Assembly (NCBI RefSeq): GCF_963921235.1
Contig: NC_086107.1
Location: forward strand, 116,252,001-116,316,000
DNA from: Mobula hypostoma
Lineage: Eukaryota
Direction of reading: 5' to 3'
DNA: 64,000 nt
Made by a program: the position numbers and the translations under genes. Below, one piece after another: positions 35,701 to 47,550 of this stretch. The notes beneath the pieces are model-generated. The model did no database searches, had not been told where the DNA came from, and saw only the letters and a program-made list of their open reading frames with translations. How positions within the stretch are numbered: position 1 is the first letter of the stretch; each line of letters opens with the position of its first letter.

Positions 35701-38700
35701 CACCGTGGGCGCTCGGAGCTCCAGTACACCTGATAATCTACTCCCTCGTGCCAGACAGTAAACCGGCCCTCAACGTTGTCCTCCCTTTCCAGCTGCATGA
35801 ATACCTGACGCCGGAAAGAGATTACGGTGCGGACAGTGCGTCTCTTAAATTTGTGTCGGATGGCAGTGGTCTCCGACCTTACTTGCCCTAAACGGGCCAG
35901 TGGGGGAAGCAAGTCCTCATTTGGAATGAAAGGCTTAACATGCCCAAGCACGATACGTTGCGTGGGGGGCCGTCACCAGCTCCATCGGTAAAAAGATGTT
36001 GTCTACCGTGACTCCCCTGCTTAGGGCCCGGTGAACTAGCTCTTCATTCACCAGATAGAACACCGCCTTTCCGAACTCCTTCTCGGTGGCCAGAATACCA
36101 CCTTTCCCCACAAGGTCCTCCATTGCCTCCGTACACTTTTCTAGTGTCATTCCAGGGCGCAAAATACATTGCACCCCACGTTCCACCTTCACCAACCGAA
36201 ACAAGGCGTTGTCCGAGGCCGGGGAGGCAGCCGCCCGTGCGTAACTCCCCGAAGGCCCGCGACTCCCTGGAGACCGGTCCGGCATGCTGGCGCTCTTTCC
36301 AGTCCGAGAATCCTACAGCGGTGTCGGTTAGAAGTCCTGGAGCGAGTCGAATAACTGGCCGGGAAAGTTTGCAGTCGACAGTTCCTTGCTGGCTCGGCCC
36401 CAGGAAAGGCTCCGTTGAACTTTCAGAAACCCAGGCCGGGAGAGGTCGAAACGTCCTTCCAGATGCTCCGGCTCCGACACCGGACGAAAATCAGGAAAAC
36501 AATGGAGGAGGAACGTTGCCCCGATGTCAATGGGGGGAAAACGACGGCGTTTGCCTCCGGTTTTGGAGCGAACCGGCTTACTGGCGAGTTGCCAGCGGCC
36601 GCAGCTGGGAGCTACGCAGTTAGCAGCCGCCAACAAACCCAGCCCAAACCAGCAGTAAAACTCCACACCGAGCTTCCACACCAACACCGTCACTCACTCA
36701 GTTGTCCAAGAGACTTTTAGAGCCACCTCCAAAGTATTCCACGAACTTTATCCAGTACTTTTCCTTCGATTTCTCCCAGCTCAGCACAGCTCCTCTCTGT
36801 GTCTGACCCCGGGAGTGTGTGATGGGACAGTGTGGAGGGAGATTCACTCTGTGTCTGACCCCGGGAGTGTGTGATGAGACGGTACGGAGGGTGCTGGGGA
36901 TGCAGTTGTTGACACTGTGTGACAGGAGTGTCTGACAGCAGTACCCCTTCCCCAAACAGGTGCGTTACCCAGACAGGATCACACTGATCCGGGGTAACCA
37001 CGAGAGTCGACAGATCACCCAGGTGTACGGCTTCTACGACGAGTGTCTGCGCAAGTATGGCTCCGTGACCGTCTGGCGATACTGTACTGAAATCTTCGAC
37101 TATCTCAGTCTGTCAGCCATCATTGACGGCAAGGTGCGTGGGAGAGGGAGGGAGAGGGCAGGAGCTCATGGATCCGCGTTAAACTGTGGCATCTCTCTGC
37201 TTTGTGTTTACGTGGGAAGGAGAGGTGGGTCAGAGCGGTGGAGATTAGGTGACGGGTTTGTTGTAGGGGTACAGGGTGTGTTGAAGTCGGGGGTACGGGG
37301 TGTAGATCGGGCAGTGGGTGGGGGTACGGGGTGTAGATGGGGCAGTGGGTGGGGGGGTGTTGAAGTCGGGGGTACGGGGTGTAGATGGGGCAGTGGGTGG
37401 GGGTACGGGGTGTAGATGGGGCAGTGGGTGGGGGGGTGTTGAAGTCGGGGGTACGGGGTGTAGATGGGGCAGTGGGTGGGGGTACGGGGTGTTGAAGTCG
37501 GGGGGGGTACGGGGTGTAGATGGGGCAGTGGGTGGGGGTACAGGGTGTTGAAGTCGGGGGTACGGGGTGTAGATCGGGCAGTGGGTGGGGGGAGTGTTGA
37601 AGTCGGGGGTACGGGGTGTAGATGGGGCAGTGGGTGGGGGTACGGGGTGTTGAAGTCGGGGGTACGGGGTGTAGATGGGGCAGTGGGTGGGGGTACGGGG
37701 TGTTGAAGTCGGGGGGGTGTAGATCGGGCAGTGGGTGGGGGTACGGGGTGTAGATGGGGCAGTGGGTGGGGGGTGTTGAAGTCGGGGGTACGGGGTGTAG
37801 ATGGGGCAGTGGGTGGGGTACGGGGTGTAGATGGGGCAGTGGGTGGGGGGGTGTTGAAGTCGGGGGTACGGGGTGTAGATGGGGCAGTGGGTGGGGGGGT
37901 GTTGAAGTCGGGGGTACGGGGTGTAGATGGGGCAGTGGGTGGGGGTACGGGGTGTTGAAGTCGGGGGTACGGGGTGTAGATCGGGCAGTGGGTGGGGGGG
38001 TGTTGAAGTCGGGGGTACGGGGTGTAGATGGGGCAGTGGGTGGGGGTACGGGGTGTTGAAGTCGGGGGTACGGGGTGTAGATGGGGCAGTGGGTGGGGGT
38101 ACAGGGTGTTGAAGTTGGGGGTACGGGGTGTAGATCGGGCAGTGGGTGGGGGGAGTGTTGAAGTCGGGGGTACGGGGTGTAGATGGGGCAGTGGGTGGGG
38201 GTACGGGGTGTTGAAGTCGGGGGTACGGGGTGTAGATGGGGCAGTGGGTGGGGGTACGGGGTGTTGAAGTCGGGGGGGTGTAGATCGGGCAGTGGGTGGG
38301 GGTACGGGGTGTAGATGGGGCAGTGGGTGGGGGGTGTTGAAGTCGGGGGTACGGGGTGTAGATGGGGCAGTGGGTGGGGTACGGGGTGTAGATGGGGCAG
38401 TGGGTGGGGGGGTGTTGAAGTCGGGGGTACGGGGTGTAGATGGGGCAGTGGGTGGGGGGTGTTGAAGTCGGGGGTACGGGGTGTAGATGGGGCAGTGGGT
38501 GGGGGGGTGTTGAAGTCGGGGGTACGGGGTGTAGATGGGGCAGTGGGTGGGGGTACGGGGTGTTGAAGTCGGGGGTACGGGGTGTAGATCGGGCAGTGGG
38601 TGGGGGGGTGTTGAAGTCGGGGGTACGGGGTGTAGATGGGGCAGTGGGTGGGGGGGTGTTGAAGTCGGGGGTACGGGGTGTAGATGGGGCAGTGGGTGGG

Positions 38701-39781
38701 GGTACGGGGTGTTGAAGTCGGGGGTACGGGGTGTAGATCGGGCAGTGGGTGGGGGGGTGTTGAAGTTGGGGGTACGGGGTGTAGATGGGGCAGTGGGTGG
38801 GGGTACGGGGTGTTCTACTGAGGGGAGGTGTGGTGAGTGGAGAGAAGGGATTGTACAGGAATGGAGAGAGTACCAGATGAAGCTGATTACAGAGACTGTC
38901 CATGTGATATTTGTGTGACGCTCCCCCTCCCCCACACCCAGATATTCTGTGTACACGGGGGTCTGTCACCCTCCATCCAGACGCTGGACCAGATCCGCAC
39001 CATCGACCGGAAACAGGAGGTTCCGCACGACGGGCCCATGTGTGACCTGCTGTGGTCTGACCCCGAGGGTAGGAACTGACTGATAACCTTCTTCCTCCGT
39101 CGCCCAGTCCTCCCTTCCCCCCCCGCCTCGCGTTTCCTACCCCTGCTCACGCAGTCTTTGCCCCCCCCCAGACACGACGGGATGGGGTGTGAGCCCACGG
39201 GGTGCGGGTTACCTCTTTGGCAGCGACGTGGTGGCACAGTTCAACGCGGCCAACGACATCGACATGATCTGCCGTGCCCACCAGCTCGTCATGGAGGGTT
39301 ACAAATGGCATTTCAACGAGACCGTGCTCACCGTCTGGTCGGCACCCAACTACTGCTACAGGTGAGTCCTAACGGCCCCTCCATCCACCCAATCCCCCAA
39401 CCTGCCCCCCTCTTCTTCCAATCCTCTTCTTCCAATCCTCTTCCTTTCTACTACTCGCTGAGCTAAATCCACCTCCCTCCGTCTGTCTTCGAACAGCTGG
39501 TTCAGGGGAGGGTGGGGAGAGCAGAGCAGACTGGGTGGACCTGACTCCGTCCCCTCAGGTGTGGGAATGAGAGAGGGGAGGGTGGTGTAGGGACAGAGAG
39601 GGAGAGCGGACGCTGTTGTAGGTCTGAGTGGACTTGACTCTCTCTCCTCAGGTGTGGGAACGTGGCGGCCATCCTGGAGCTGGACGAGCATCTTCAGAAG
39701 GAGTTCATCATCTTCGAGGCAGCACCTCAGGAGACCCGAGGCATCCCCTCCAAAAAACCTGTGGCTGATTACTTCCTGTGA
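11755..39781 (+). CDS. PPP4C: Serine/threonine-protein phosphatase 4 catalytic subunit (307 aa, 8 coding exons)
   Basis: Exons 11755-11852, 14201-14252, 23499-23549, 29903-30004, 36960-37133, 38942-39068, 39172-39361 and 39652-39781 (98+52+51+102+174+127+190+130=924 nt), all introns [22 protein letters not shown] start, PPP motifs GDIHG, GDFVDRG, RGNHE and SAPNYC, C-terminus KPVADYFL. Confidence 0.97.
11862..14178. repeat. 52-bp satellite array (~44 copies; gaccccgggagtgtgtgatgggacggtgtggagggagattcactctgtgtct)
   Basis: Period of 52 measured between 11913 and 11965; the array fills essentially the whole intron 11853-14200. Confidence 0.95.
15252..17772 (+). mobile_element. Tigger/pogo-type DNA transposon remnant
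   Basis: TA flanks, degenerate TIRs (cgggtggcccccgttttctgaac / gttcggatagcgggggaaacctg), and CENP-B-type HTH remnants ([20 protein letters not shown]...[15 protein letters not shown]...[14 protein letters not shown]). Confidence 0.8.
16330..17510 (+). mobile_element. hAT (Charlie/Buster-type) deletion derivative inside the Tigger
   Basis: TIRs cagcggtccccaac / gttggggacccctg; 8-bp TSD tactagac/cactagac with one mismatch; dimerisation-domain remnant [29 protein letters not shown]. Confidence 0.8.
19690..22260 (+). mobile_element. Rex1/Babar-like LINE remnants (fragmented)
   Basis: KFAED/EFADD-like RT remnants and [10 protein letters not shown]...[18 protein letters not shown]...[14 protein letters not shown]; ends near an AATAAA at ~22248. 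Confidence 0.7.
20799..21287 (-). mobile_element. 5'-truncated CR1 inserted in the Rex/Babar remnant
   Basis: Clean ORF2 C-terminus ([15 protein letters not shown]...[14 protein letters not shown]) and an agaacat repeat tail at the left end. Confidence 0.85.
22845..23399 (-). mobile_element. Tc1-like non-autonomous element
   Basis: Terminal aataaa.tg.c.actgagtgTA motifs at ~22876-22894 and ~23377-23398; transposase N-terminal remnant (SISET...[20 protein letters not shown]). Confidence 0.6.
24746..26141 (-). mobile_element. Antisense, internally deleted CR1 of the same family inserted into the host CR1
   Basis: Tail atagaaacatagaaaatagg at 24746; 3' ORF2 part (~24746-25524) joined directly to a 5' part (~25525-26141). 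The host reads ggatagac|gtgaaggaagg across the insertion. Confidence 0.85.
28316..29261 (+). mobile_element. 5'-truncated Penelope-like element (GIY-YIG endonuclease domain plus 3' repeat region)
   Basis: [30 protein letters not shown]...[18 protein letters not shown], stop at 28868; 10-bp TSD ctggagtatt at 28306-28315 and 29262-29271. Confidence 0.92.
29163..29200 (+). ncRNA. Minimal type I hammerhead ribozyme motif
   Basis: tagtc-CTGACGA-agg-gtctcgg-cct-GAAAC-GTC-gactg: core boxes, helix II agg/cct, helix I tagtc/gactg and palindromic ACGT in place of helix III. Confidence 0.8.
30030..30501. repeat. 52-bp satellite array (second locus, left of Tx1)
   Basis: Same unit as 11862-14178, about 9 copies. 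Confidence 0.93.
30502..36794 (-). mobile_element. Full-length Tx1-clade non-LTR retrotransposon (mutated)
   Basis: ORF1 from 36285 with zinc knuckle [17 protein letters not shown]2 from 34260 ([57 protein letters not shown]) to 30604. AATAAA on minus at ~30522-30527, poly(A) at 30502-30510. One in-frame TAG at 33214-33216 and several frameshifts. Confidence 0.92.
36795..36892. repeat. 52-bp satellite units resuming right of Tx1
   Basis: About two units, ctctgtgtctgaccccgggag... Confidence 0.9.
37265..38813. repeat. G-rich compound minisatellite (ggggtacggggtgtagatggggcagtgggtggg / ggtgttgaagtc modules)
   Basis: Fills the PPP4C intron 37134-38941; two modules are shuffled in higher-order blocks. 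Confidence 0.93.
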
Positions 39782-40256
39782 CCTTCTGACCTTCGTCCTC
39801 CTCCTCATCTGTCCTCACCCCCTCCAAGAATCACATGTCCAATTGCTTCCTGTGACCGATCCCCCTCCACCACCCTGCTCCTCACTACCTTGGAGTCTTA
39901 CTACCCTCTCCTCCCTTCTCCATTCTCTTTCCCCCTTGACCCTCCCCACACTGATGTTAGCCTCCCACATTTCTTAAGGACACCCCTTCCTGCTGTTTCT
40001 CTCGACCGTGGGGAGGGGGAGGTGGAGAGGATGGTCACAATCGATCAGGGAAGCTTCCCCACCCCGACCTGCCTTAGCCGGGCTGACTTTACTCGTTCAG
40101 GCTTCACATTTCTTCTGTGCGGAGACGCCCCAGCGGCCTTCAACCATCCTCATCCCACCCCGTTTCCGTCGCTAAGCAGCTGCTCCGACCATGGCTTTGT
40201 TCTTTTACAAAGAGGAAAAGAAATTCCGTCTGGGGATTGAGAAACAAAAAAATTCC

Positions 40257-40262
40257 AATAAA
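40257..40262 (+). terminator. PPP4C polyadenylation signal AATAAA
   Basis: AATAAA ~475 nt after the stop codon, followed by T/GT-rich sequence. Confidence 0.75.
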
Positions 40263-40369
40263 AATAGTAAACGTTCTCTGTCTCTGTCTCCACCTGTGGT
40301 CTGTTCCCTGAACTTCCTCCAACTCCATCTCCACCTACACCTGTGGTCTGTTCCCTGGACGTTCTCCAT

Positions 40370-42865
40370 CAAATCAGTAGAAAGATATGAAGATGCGATT
40401 CTGTGGACACAGGAAAGTAACGTGGATGCCTCCCAGGTGCCAGGGTCTGGGATGTTTCTGATCACGTCCCAGATATCCTGAAGTGGAAAGGAGAACAGCC
40501 AGAGGTCGTGGTACATATTGGTACCAATGACATAGTTAGGAAAAGGGAGGAGGTCCCGAAAGCAGACTACAGGGAGTTAGGAAGGAAGTTGAGAAGTAGG
40601 ACCTCAAAGGTAGTAATCTCGGGATTACTGCCTGTGCCACACAACAGTGAGTATAGAATAGAGAGAGGTGGAGGATAAATGCGTGGCTGAGGGATTGGAG
40701 CTGTGGGTAGATATTCAGATTTCTAGATCATTGGGACCTCACCTGGGGCAGGAGTGACCTGTACAAAAAGGATGGGTTGCACTTGAATCTGAGGGGGACC
40801 GATATCCTGGTGGGGAGGTTTGCAAAGGATATTGGGGAGAGTTTAAACTAGAATTGTTGGGGGGTGGGAACTGAACTGAAGAGACGGAGGAAGTGGTGGA
40901 AAGCTTGGAGACAGTGTGAGAGGGAGGATAGGCAGGTGATAGAGAAGGGACGCACTCAGACTGATGGTTTGAGATGTCTATTTTAATGCGAGGAGCATTA
41001 TGAATAAGGCAGGTGGTGAGCTTAGAGCTATGACGTGCTGGTCGTTACAGGGACTTGGATTGTGCAGGGGCAGGAATGGCTACTTCAAGTGCCAAGTTTT
41101 AGATGTTTCAGAAAGGACAGGGAGGGAGGCAAAAGAGGTGGGGGCATGGCACTGTTGATCAGAAATAGTATCACAGCTGCAGAAAAGGCAGACACCATGG
41201 AGGGGTTGTCCACGGAGTCTCTGTGGGTGGGAGTTAGGAATAGGAAGGGGTCAATAACTCTACTGGGTGTTTTTTATAGACCACCCAATAGTAACAGGGA
41301 CATCAAGGAACAGATAGGGAGACAGATTCTGGAAAGGAATAATAATAACAGGGTGGGAGATTTTAATTTCCCAAATATTGATTGGCATCTCCCTAGAGTG
41401 GGGTTCTGCGTAGATATGTTCCAATGAAACAGGGAAAGGATGGTAGGGTACAGGAACCGTGGTGTACAAAGGCTGTTGTAAATCTAGTCAAGAAGAAAAG
41501 AAGAGCTTACAAAAGGTTCAAAAAACTAGGTAATGATAGAGATCTAGAAGATTATAAGGTGAGCAGGAAGGAGTTTAAGAATGAAATGAGGAGAGCCAGA
41601 AGGGGCCATGAGAAGGCCTTGGCGGTCAGGATTAAGGAAAACCCCAAGGCATTCTACAAGTATGTGAAGAGCAAGAGGATAAGATGTGAGAGAATAGGAT
41701 CAATCAAGTGTGACAGTGGAAAAGTGTGTATGGAACTGGAGGAGATGGCAATGTACTTAATGAGTACTTCAGTATTCACTACAGAAAAGGATATTGGCGA
41801 TTGTAGGGATGACTTGCAGTGGACTGAAGAGCTTGAGAATGTAGATATTAAGAAAGAGGATGTGCTGGAGCTTTTCGAAAGCATCAAGTTGGGTAAATCA
41901 CCAGGACTGGACAGGATGAACCCCAGGCTACTGTAGGAAGCGAGGGAGGAGATTGCTGAGCCTCTGGTGATGATCTTTGCATCATCAATGAGAATGGGAG
42001 AGGTTCTGAAGGATTGAAGGGTTGCAGATGTTGTTCCTTTATTCAAGAAAGGGAATAGAGATAGCCCAGGAAATTATAGACCAGTGAGTCTTACTTCAGT
42101 GGTTGGTAAGCTGATGGAAAAGATCCTGAGAGGCAGGACTTATGAACGTTGGAGAGGCATAATATGATTAGGAATATAGTCAGCATGGCTTTCTGAAAGG
42201 CAGGTCGTGCCTTACGAACCTGATTGAATTTTTTGAGGATGTGACTATAAACACATTGATGAAGGAAAAGCAGTAGATGTAGTGTATATGGATTTGAGCA
42301 AGGCATTTGATAAGGTTCCCCATGAGAAGGTAAGGAGGCATGGGATCCAAGGGGACATTGCTTTGTGGATCCAGAATTGGCTTGCTCACAGAAGCAAAGA
42401 GTGGTTGTAGACGGGTTATATTCTACATGGAGGTCGGTGACCAGTGTGAAGTGGTTCATTTTGGTAGGTCAAATATGATGGCAGAATGTTGTATTAATGG
42501 TAAGACTCTTGGCAGTGTGGACGATCAGAGGGATCTTGGGGTTCGAGTCCACAGGACACTCAAAGCTGCTATGCAGGTTGACGGTGGTTAAGAGAGCATA
42601 TGGTGCATTGGCCTTCATCAATCGTGGGATTGAGTTTAAGAGCCAAGAGGTAATGTTACGGCTACATAGGACCCTGGTCAGACCCCACTTGGAGTACTGT
42701 GCTCAATTCTGGTCGCCCCATTACAGGAAGGATGTGGAAACCATAGAAAAGGTGCAGAGGAGATTTACAATGATGTTGCCTGGATTGGAGAGCATGCCTT
42801 ATGAGAATAGGTTGAGTGAACTCGGCCTTTTCTCCTTGGAGCGATGGAAGATGAGAGGTGACCTG
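40370..42865 (+). mobile_element. Decayed CR1 (ORF1 SGNH plus ORF2 fragments with deletions)
   Basis: VVVHIGTND-like ORF1; [36 protein letters not shown] fragments. Confidence 0.85.
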
Positions 42866-45800
42866 TTGTGCTGTAGGTTTTCTATGTTGAATCCTTGTGG
42901 GTTGAGTTAAGAAACTACAATGGTAAAAGGACCCTGAGGGCAGTTATATACAGGTAGCTGGTATGTGGACCACAGATTACAATTGGAAATAGAAAAGGCG
43001 TGTCGAAGGGCGATGTTATGATAGTCATGGGAGATTTTAACATGTGGGGCAATTGGGAAAGTCAGGTTGGTAATGCATCTCAAGAGAGTGAGTTTTGTTG
43101 AATGCCTAAGAGATGGCTTTTCAGAGCAGTTTGTTGTTGAGCCTACTAGGGGATCAGCTATACTGGAATGGGTGTTATCTAATGAACCAGAGGTGATTAG
43201 GGAGATTAAGGTAAAAGAACCGTCTGGAACCCGTGATCACAATATGTTTAACTTGAAATTTGATGGAGAGAAAGTAAAGTCTGATGTTGCAGTATTTCAG
43301 TGGAATAAAGGAAATTACAGTGGTATGGGAGAGGAGTTGGCCAAAGTAAATTGGAAGGCGCTGCTGGCAGGGATGTCAGCAGAGCAGCAATGGCGCGTTT
43401 CTGGGAAAAATTAGGAAGGGGCAGGACGTGTGTATTCCAAAAATGAAGAAATACTCAAATAGTAAAATAGTACAACCGTGGCTGACAAGGGAAGTCAAAG
43501 CTATTGTAAAAGCAAAAGAGAGGGCATACAACAAAGCAAAAATTAGTGGGAAGACAGAGGAGTGGGAAGCTTTTAAAAACCTACAGACAGCAACTAAAAG
43601 AATCATTAGGAAGGTAAAAGTGAAATATGAAAGGAAGCTGGCAAACAATATCAAAGTGGATAGAAAAAGCTTTTCTCAAGAATGTTTAAGAAAAAAAGAG
43701 ATGACTGTGGATATGGGACCGCTAGAAAATGAGGCCATAGAAATAATAATGGGGTCAAGGAGATGGCAGATGAACTGAATATTTCGCATTTGTCTTTACT
43801 GTGGACTACACTATCAGTGTAGCAGATATTGAAGGGTGTGAGGGAAGAGAAGTGGGTGCAGTTATTATTACAAGAGAGAAGGTGCTCAAAAACTTGAAAG
43901 ACCTAAGGGTACATAAGTCAACTGACCAGATGAACTGTACCCTAGGGTTCTGAAAGAGGTGTCAGTACAGATTGTGGAGGGATTAATAATGATCTTTCAA
44001 AAATCATTGGACTCTGGTATGGTACCAGAGGACTGGAAAATTACAGATGTCACTCCACGTTAAGTAAGGAGGAAGGCAGCAGAAAGGAAAGGCCTCGGTG
44101 TTTGGGAAGATGTTGGAGTCAATAGTTAAGGATGAGGTGATGGAGTACTTGGTGATACAGGAGAAAATGGGACAAAATAAGCATGGATTTTTAGGGGCAA
44201 ATCTTGCCTAATGAGCCTGTTGGAATTCTTTGAGGAGATTACAGGTAGGATGGATAAAGGGGATGCAGTGGATGATATATATTTGGACTTTCAGAATGTC
44301 TTTGACAAGGTGCCACACGTGAGGCTGCTTACCAAGTTAAGAGCCCATGGTGTTACAGGAAAGTTACTGAAATGGTTAGCGCATTGGCTGATTGGTAGGA
44401 GGCAGCGAGAGGGATTAAAAGGATCCTTTTCTGGGTGGTTGCCAGTGACTAGTGGTGTTCCACGGGGGTCGGTGTTCGGACCACTTCTTTTTATGCTGTA
44501 TATGAATGATTTAGTTGATGGAATAGATGGCTTTGTTGCCAAATTTGCAGATGATATGAAGATTAGTGGAGGGCAGGTGCCGAGGAAATAGGTAGAATGT
44601 AGAAGGACTTAGATTAGGAGAATGGTCAAGAAAATGGCAAATGAGGGGGTTCCAGTGACATCATCGTCCAGAATGGCAGCTTAAATCAACAGCTCCTCCA
44701 GAAAAACACATATTTTGCCCCGTTAATCCATCAAGTACAAGATCTTCCAAAAATATCTGAATTGATAAGGGGGGGGGGGGAGAATGGAGATTTTAAAAAG
44801 CACCACTGCAGAGCCTATGGAAGAGAGAGGTACAACGCGCGGCTCCCCTACCTGTGCGCAGGGTGGCGAGGCGAAGCGGCGAATATGATAAGGATTCTGG
44901 AGGAGATAAGGGAAGTCCAAAAAATATATAAAACAGCAACTCAATGACATAAAGTCAGAGCTCGCCAACGTCAATCAGACAATAGCGGTGGCAGAGACTG
45001 GAATTGAGAAGGTGGAAGATCGCGTACAAAACGTGAAACAGATACTAAGTAAGGCAATAAAAATATTGAATCAAGAGGAAAGTAAATTGATTGACCAGGA
45101 GGGAAGGTTTGGCTAACTTTAAAAGTGCTGATAAATGGAAGCAAAAACAGACGGTGATATGCCTATCTCCAGAAATACGTATTATAATGCGGATTTTATA
45201 TTATTCAATTTTCTTTATTCATTCATTCACTCCTTTTCCCCCACCGAAATGAGAATATATATATTGGAGGAATACACAGGGAAATCATTTCTGTGTAATG
45301 GACATAGATTTTTTTACTTACTTTTATAGGTACTGCAGCGGGGGCCCTCAACTCACAGGTAGGAGGGACTATCCCCCACGGCTGGACTTTCCTTCTAGCC
45401 CAACCCAGGGTCATCTAGAGACCCCAGCCTTGGAATCACACTTTTGTTACCCTTTTTTTTTATTATTCGCGTTTCTTGGTTCTTATTTGTTCAGGGAGTA
45501 GATCAATTAAGTTATATTCTGCAAATTTCAAAGATATACTAACAGATAAATACACATGGCTAAGGACAAAGTAAAATTCATTTCTTTTAATGTCAATCAA
45601 ACGAAGTAAAATTCTATCAAAAATGAAAAAAGAACAAGTCCATGTAGTATATTTACAGGAAACTCACAAGTGATAATGAGCATGGAAAATTAAAGTGAAT
45701 CGGCTTCACTAATTTGTTTTTCTCCTCGTATAAATCAGGACATAGAAGAGGAGTTGCTATTCTCATCTCAAGCAAGCTAAATTTTGAAAAAGTGTTCGAA

Positions 45801-46129
45801 ATGGGAGATAAGGAGGGCGGATATACTCTGGTAAAGGGGAATATAGACGGAAATCCAGTTACTTTATTGAATATATACACACTCCTAGGAAGTGATATTA
45901 GTTTCTTCCAGAAAATTACTAATATTATGGTAATGGAAACAGAAGGTCTCTTGATATGTGGGGGAGACTTAAATTTACAATTACAACCAAAGTTAGACTC
46001 TTCCAATAGAAAAACCTATGAAACAAAATCCTTACATAAGAAAGGACTTGCCAAATCTTTTAGCATAATGATGCCCAGATATTTGGCAGACTCCATTTGC
46101 CATGAGGATGTTGGTCTACTTAATATATG

Positions 46130-46342
46130 ATGGATAGATAGATATACTTTATTAATCCCAAGGGAAATTTGTTTTGGTTACAGCCGCACCAACCAAGAAT
46201 AGAGCGTAAATATAGCAATACAAAAACCACAAACAATCAAACAACAAAATGCAAACTATGCCAGATGGAAAATAAGTCCAGGACCAGCCTATTGGCTCAG
46301 GGTGTCTGACCCTCCACAGAAGGAGCTGCACGTTTGATGGCC
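46130..46342 (-). mobile_element. Short 3' end of a LINE with (ATCT)n tail inserted in the L1 endonuclease region
   Basis: 5-bp TSD atatg at 46125-46129 and 46343-46347; aataaagtatatctatctatc tail on minus; the host frame resumes at WRDLFP. Confidence 0.65.
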
Positions 46343-47550
46343 ATATGGAGGGATCTTTTCCCCGAAAAAAGGGATTACACTTATTATTCTGCCCCCCCCC
46401 ATTCAGTATATACAAGAATAGACTATTTCATAACATTTGGAAAAGATAAAGACAAAATAATCACCTGTGGAATTGGGACAATAGATGTAAGTGACCATGC
46501 GCCTATATATTTATCTGTTGATCTTGACCTACAACTAAAGAATACTATTTGGAAACTAAATTCAAGTCTACTCAATGATTCCTATTTTAAGGAACAAATT
46601 AAAAAAGAAATTGGCCTTTACTTAGAATTCAATGATAATGGAGAGGTTTCACCTCCCATTCAATGGGATACTCTGAAGGCTGTCTTAAGAGGGAAAATTA
46701 TAGTGATATCTTCATATAAGAAAAAAAAAGGAATAAAACATTACAGGAATTACAAAATAAGCTGAAGGAACTAGAAAAAAAAACACAAATTGAATTTGGC
46801 ACGGGATACACTAGAGGAAATTTTAAAAATTAGGAATGAAATTAATAGTTTGGCTACACATAAAATTAGAAAAAAATTAATGTTTCTGAAACAGAGACAC
46901 TATGAAAGTGGATCTAAATCTATGAAAATTCTGGTGTGGAAACTGAAAAAAAAGATAGTAGAAAATACAATTCATAGAATTAGGGATTCAAGAACAAAAG
47001 TGAGAAGAAATAAGCTCAGTGAAATTCAAGAAGCTTTTGAAGCGTTTTACAAAACTCTATATTCCAAAATTCCAGGGGGAAGCTTAACCCGGACTGACAC
47101 CTTCCTGAATTCTTTAGAGTTACCCACTTTAAGCAAAGAACAAAATAGAACAATGACTGCTGACATAACTGAAGCTGAACTAAAAACTGCAATTTGTAGG
47201 CTTAAATTAAGCAAGTCACCAGGATCAGATGGATATATGGCAGAGTGGTATAAAGAATTTAGAAGTGAGTTAGCTCCTGTTTTGCTCACCACACTGAACT
47301 GGGTTCTAAGAAGTGCAAATGCCACCCAGCTGGAAGGAGGCGATAATCTCAGCTATACCGAAAGGCAAGGATAAAATGGAATGTGGGTCATTTAGACCAA
47401 TATCTGTTATTAATGTGGATTATAGAATATTTACCTCCATCATGGCCAAACGATTAGAAGAGTTTCTACCCACACTGATACATAATGATCAGACAGGTTT
47501 TATACAACAACGCCAAACACAAGACAATATATGAAGGACACTTCACATTA

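Noticed and set aside
37208..38969. 582-aa and 574-aa Pro/Thr-rich minus-strand ORFs
   Set aside because: They are translations of the intronic minisatellite; C-rich repeats lack stop codons.
40291..40357. Duplicated 20-mer cacctgtggtctgttccctg after the PPP4C poly(A) signal
   Set aside because: Only two short copies; it could be a downstream GU-rich element, but nothing separates it from a chance local duplication.
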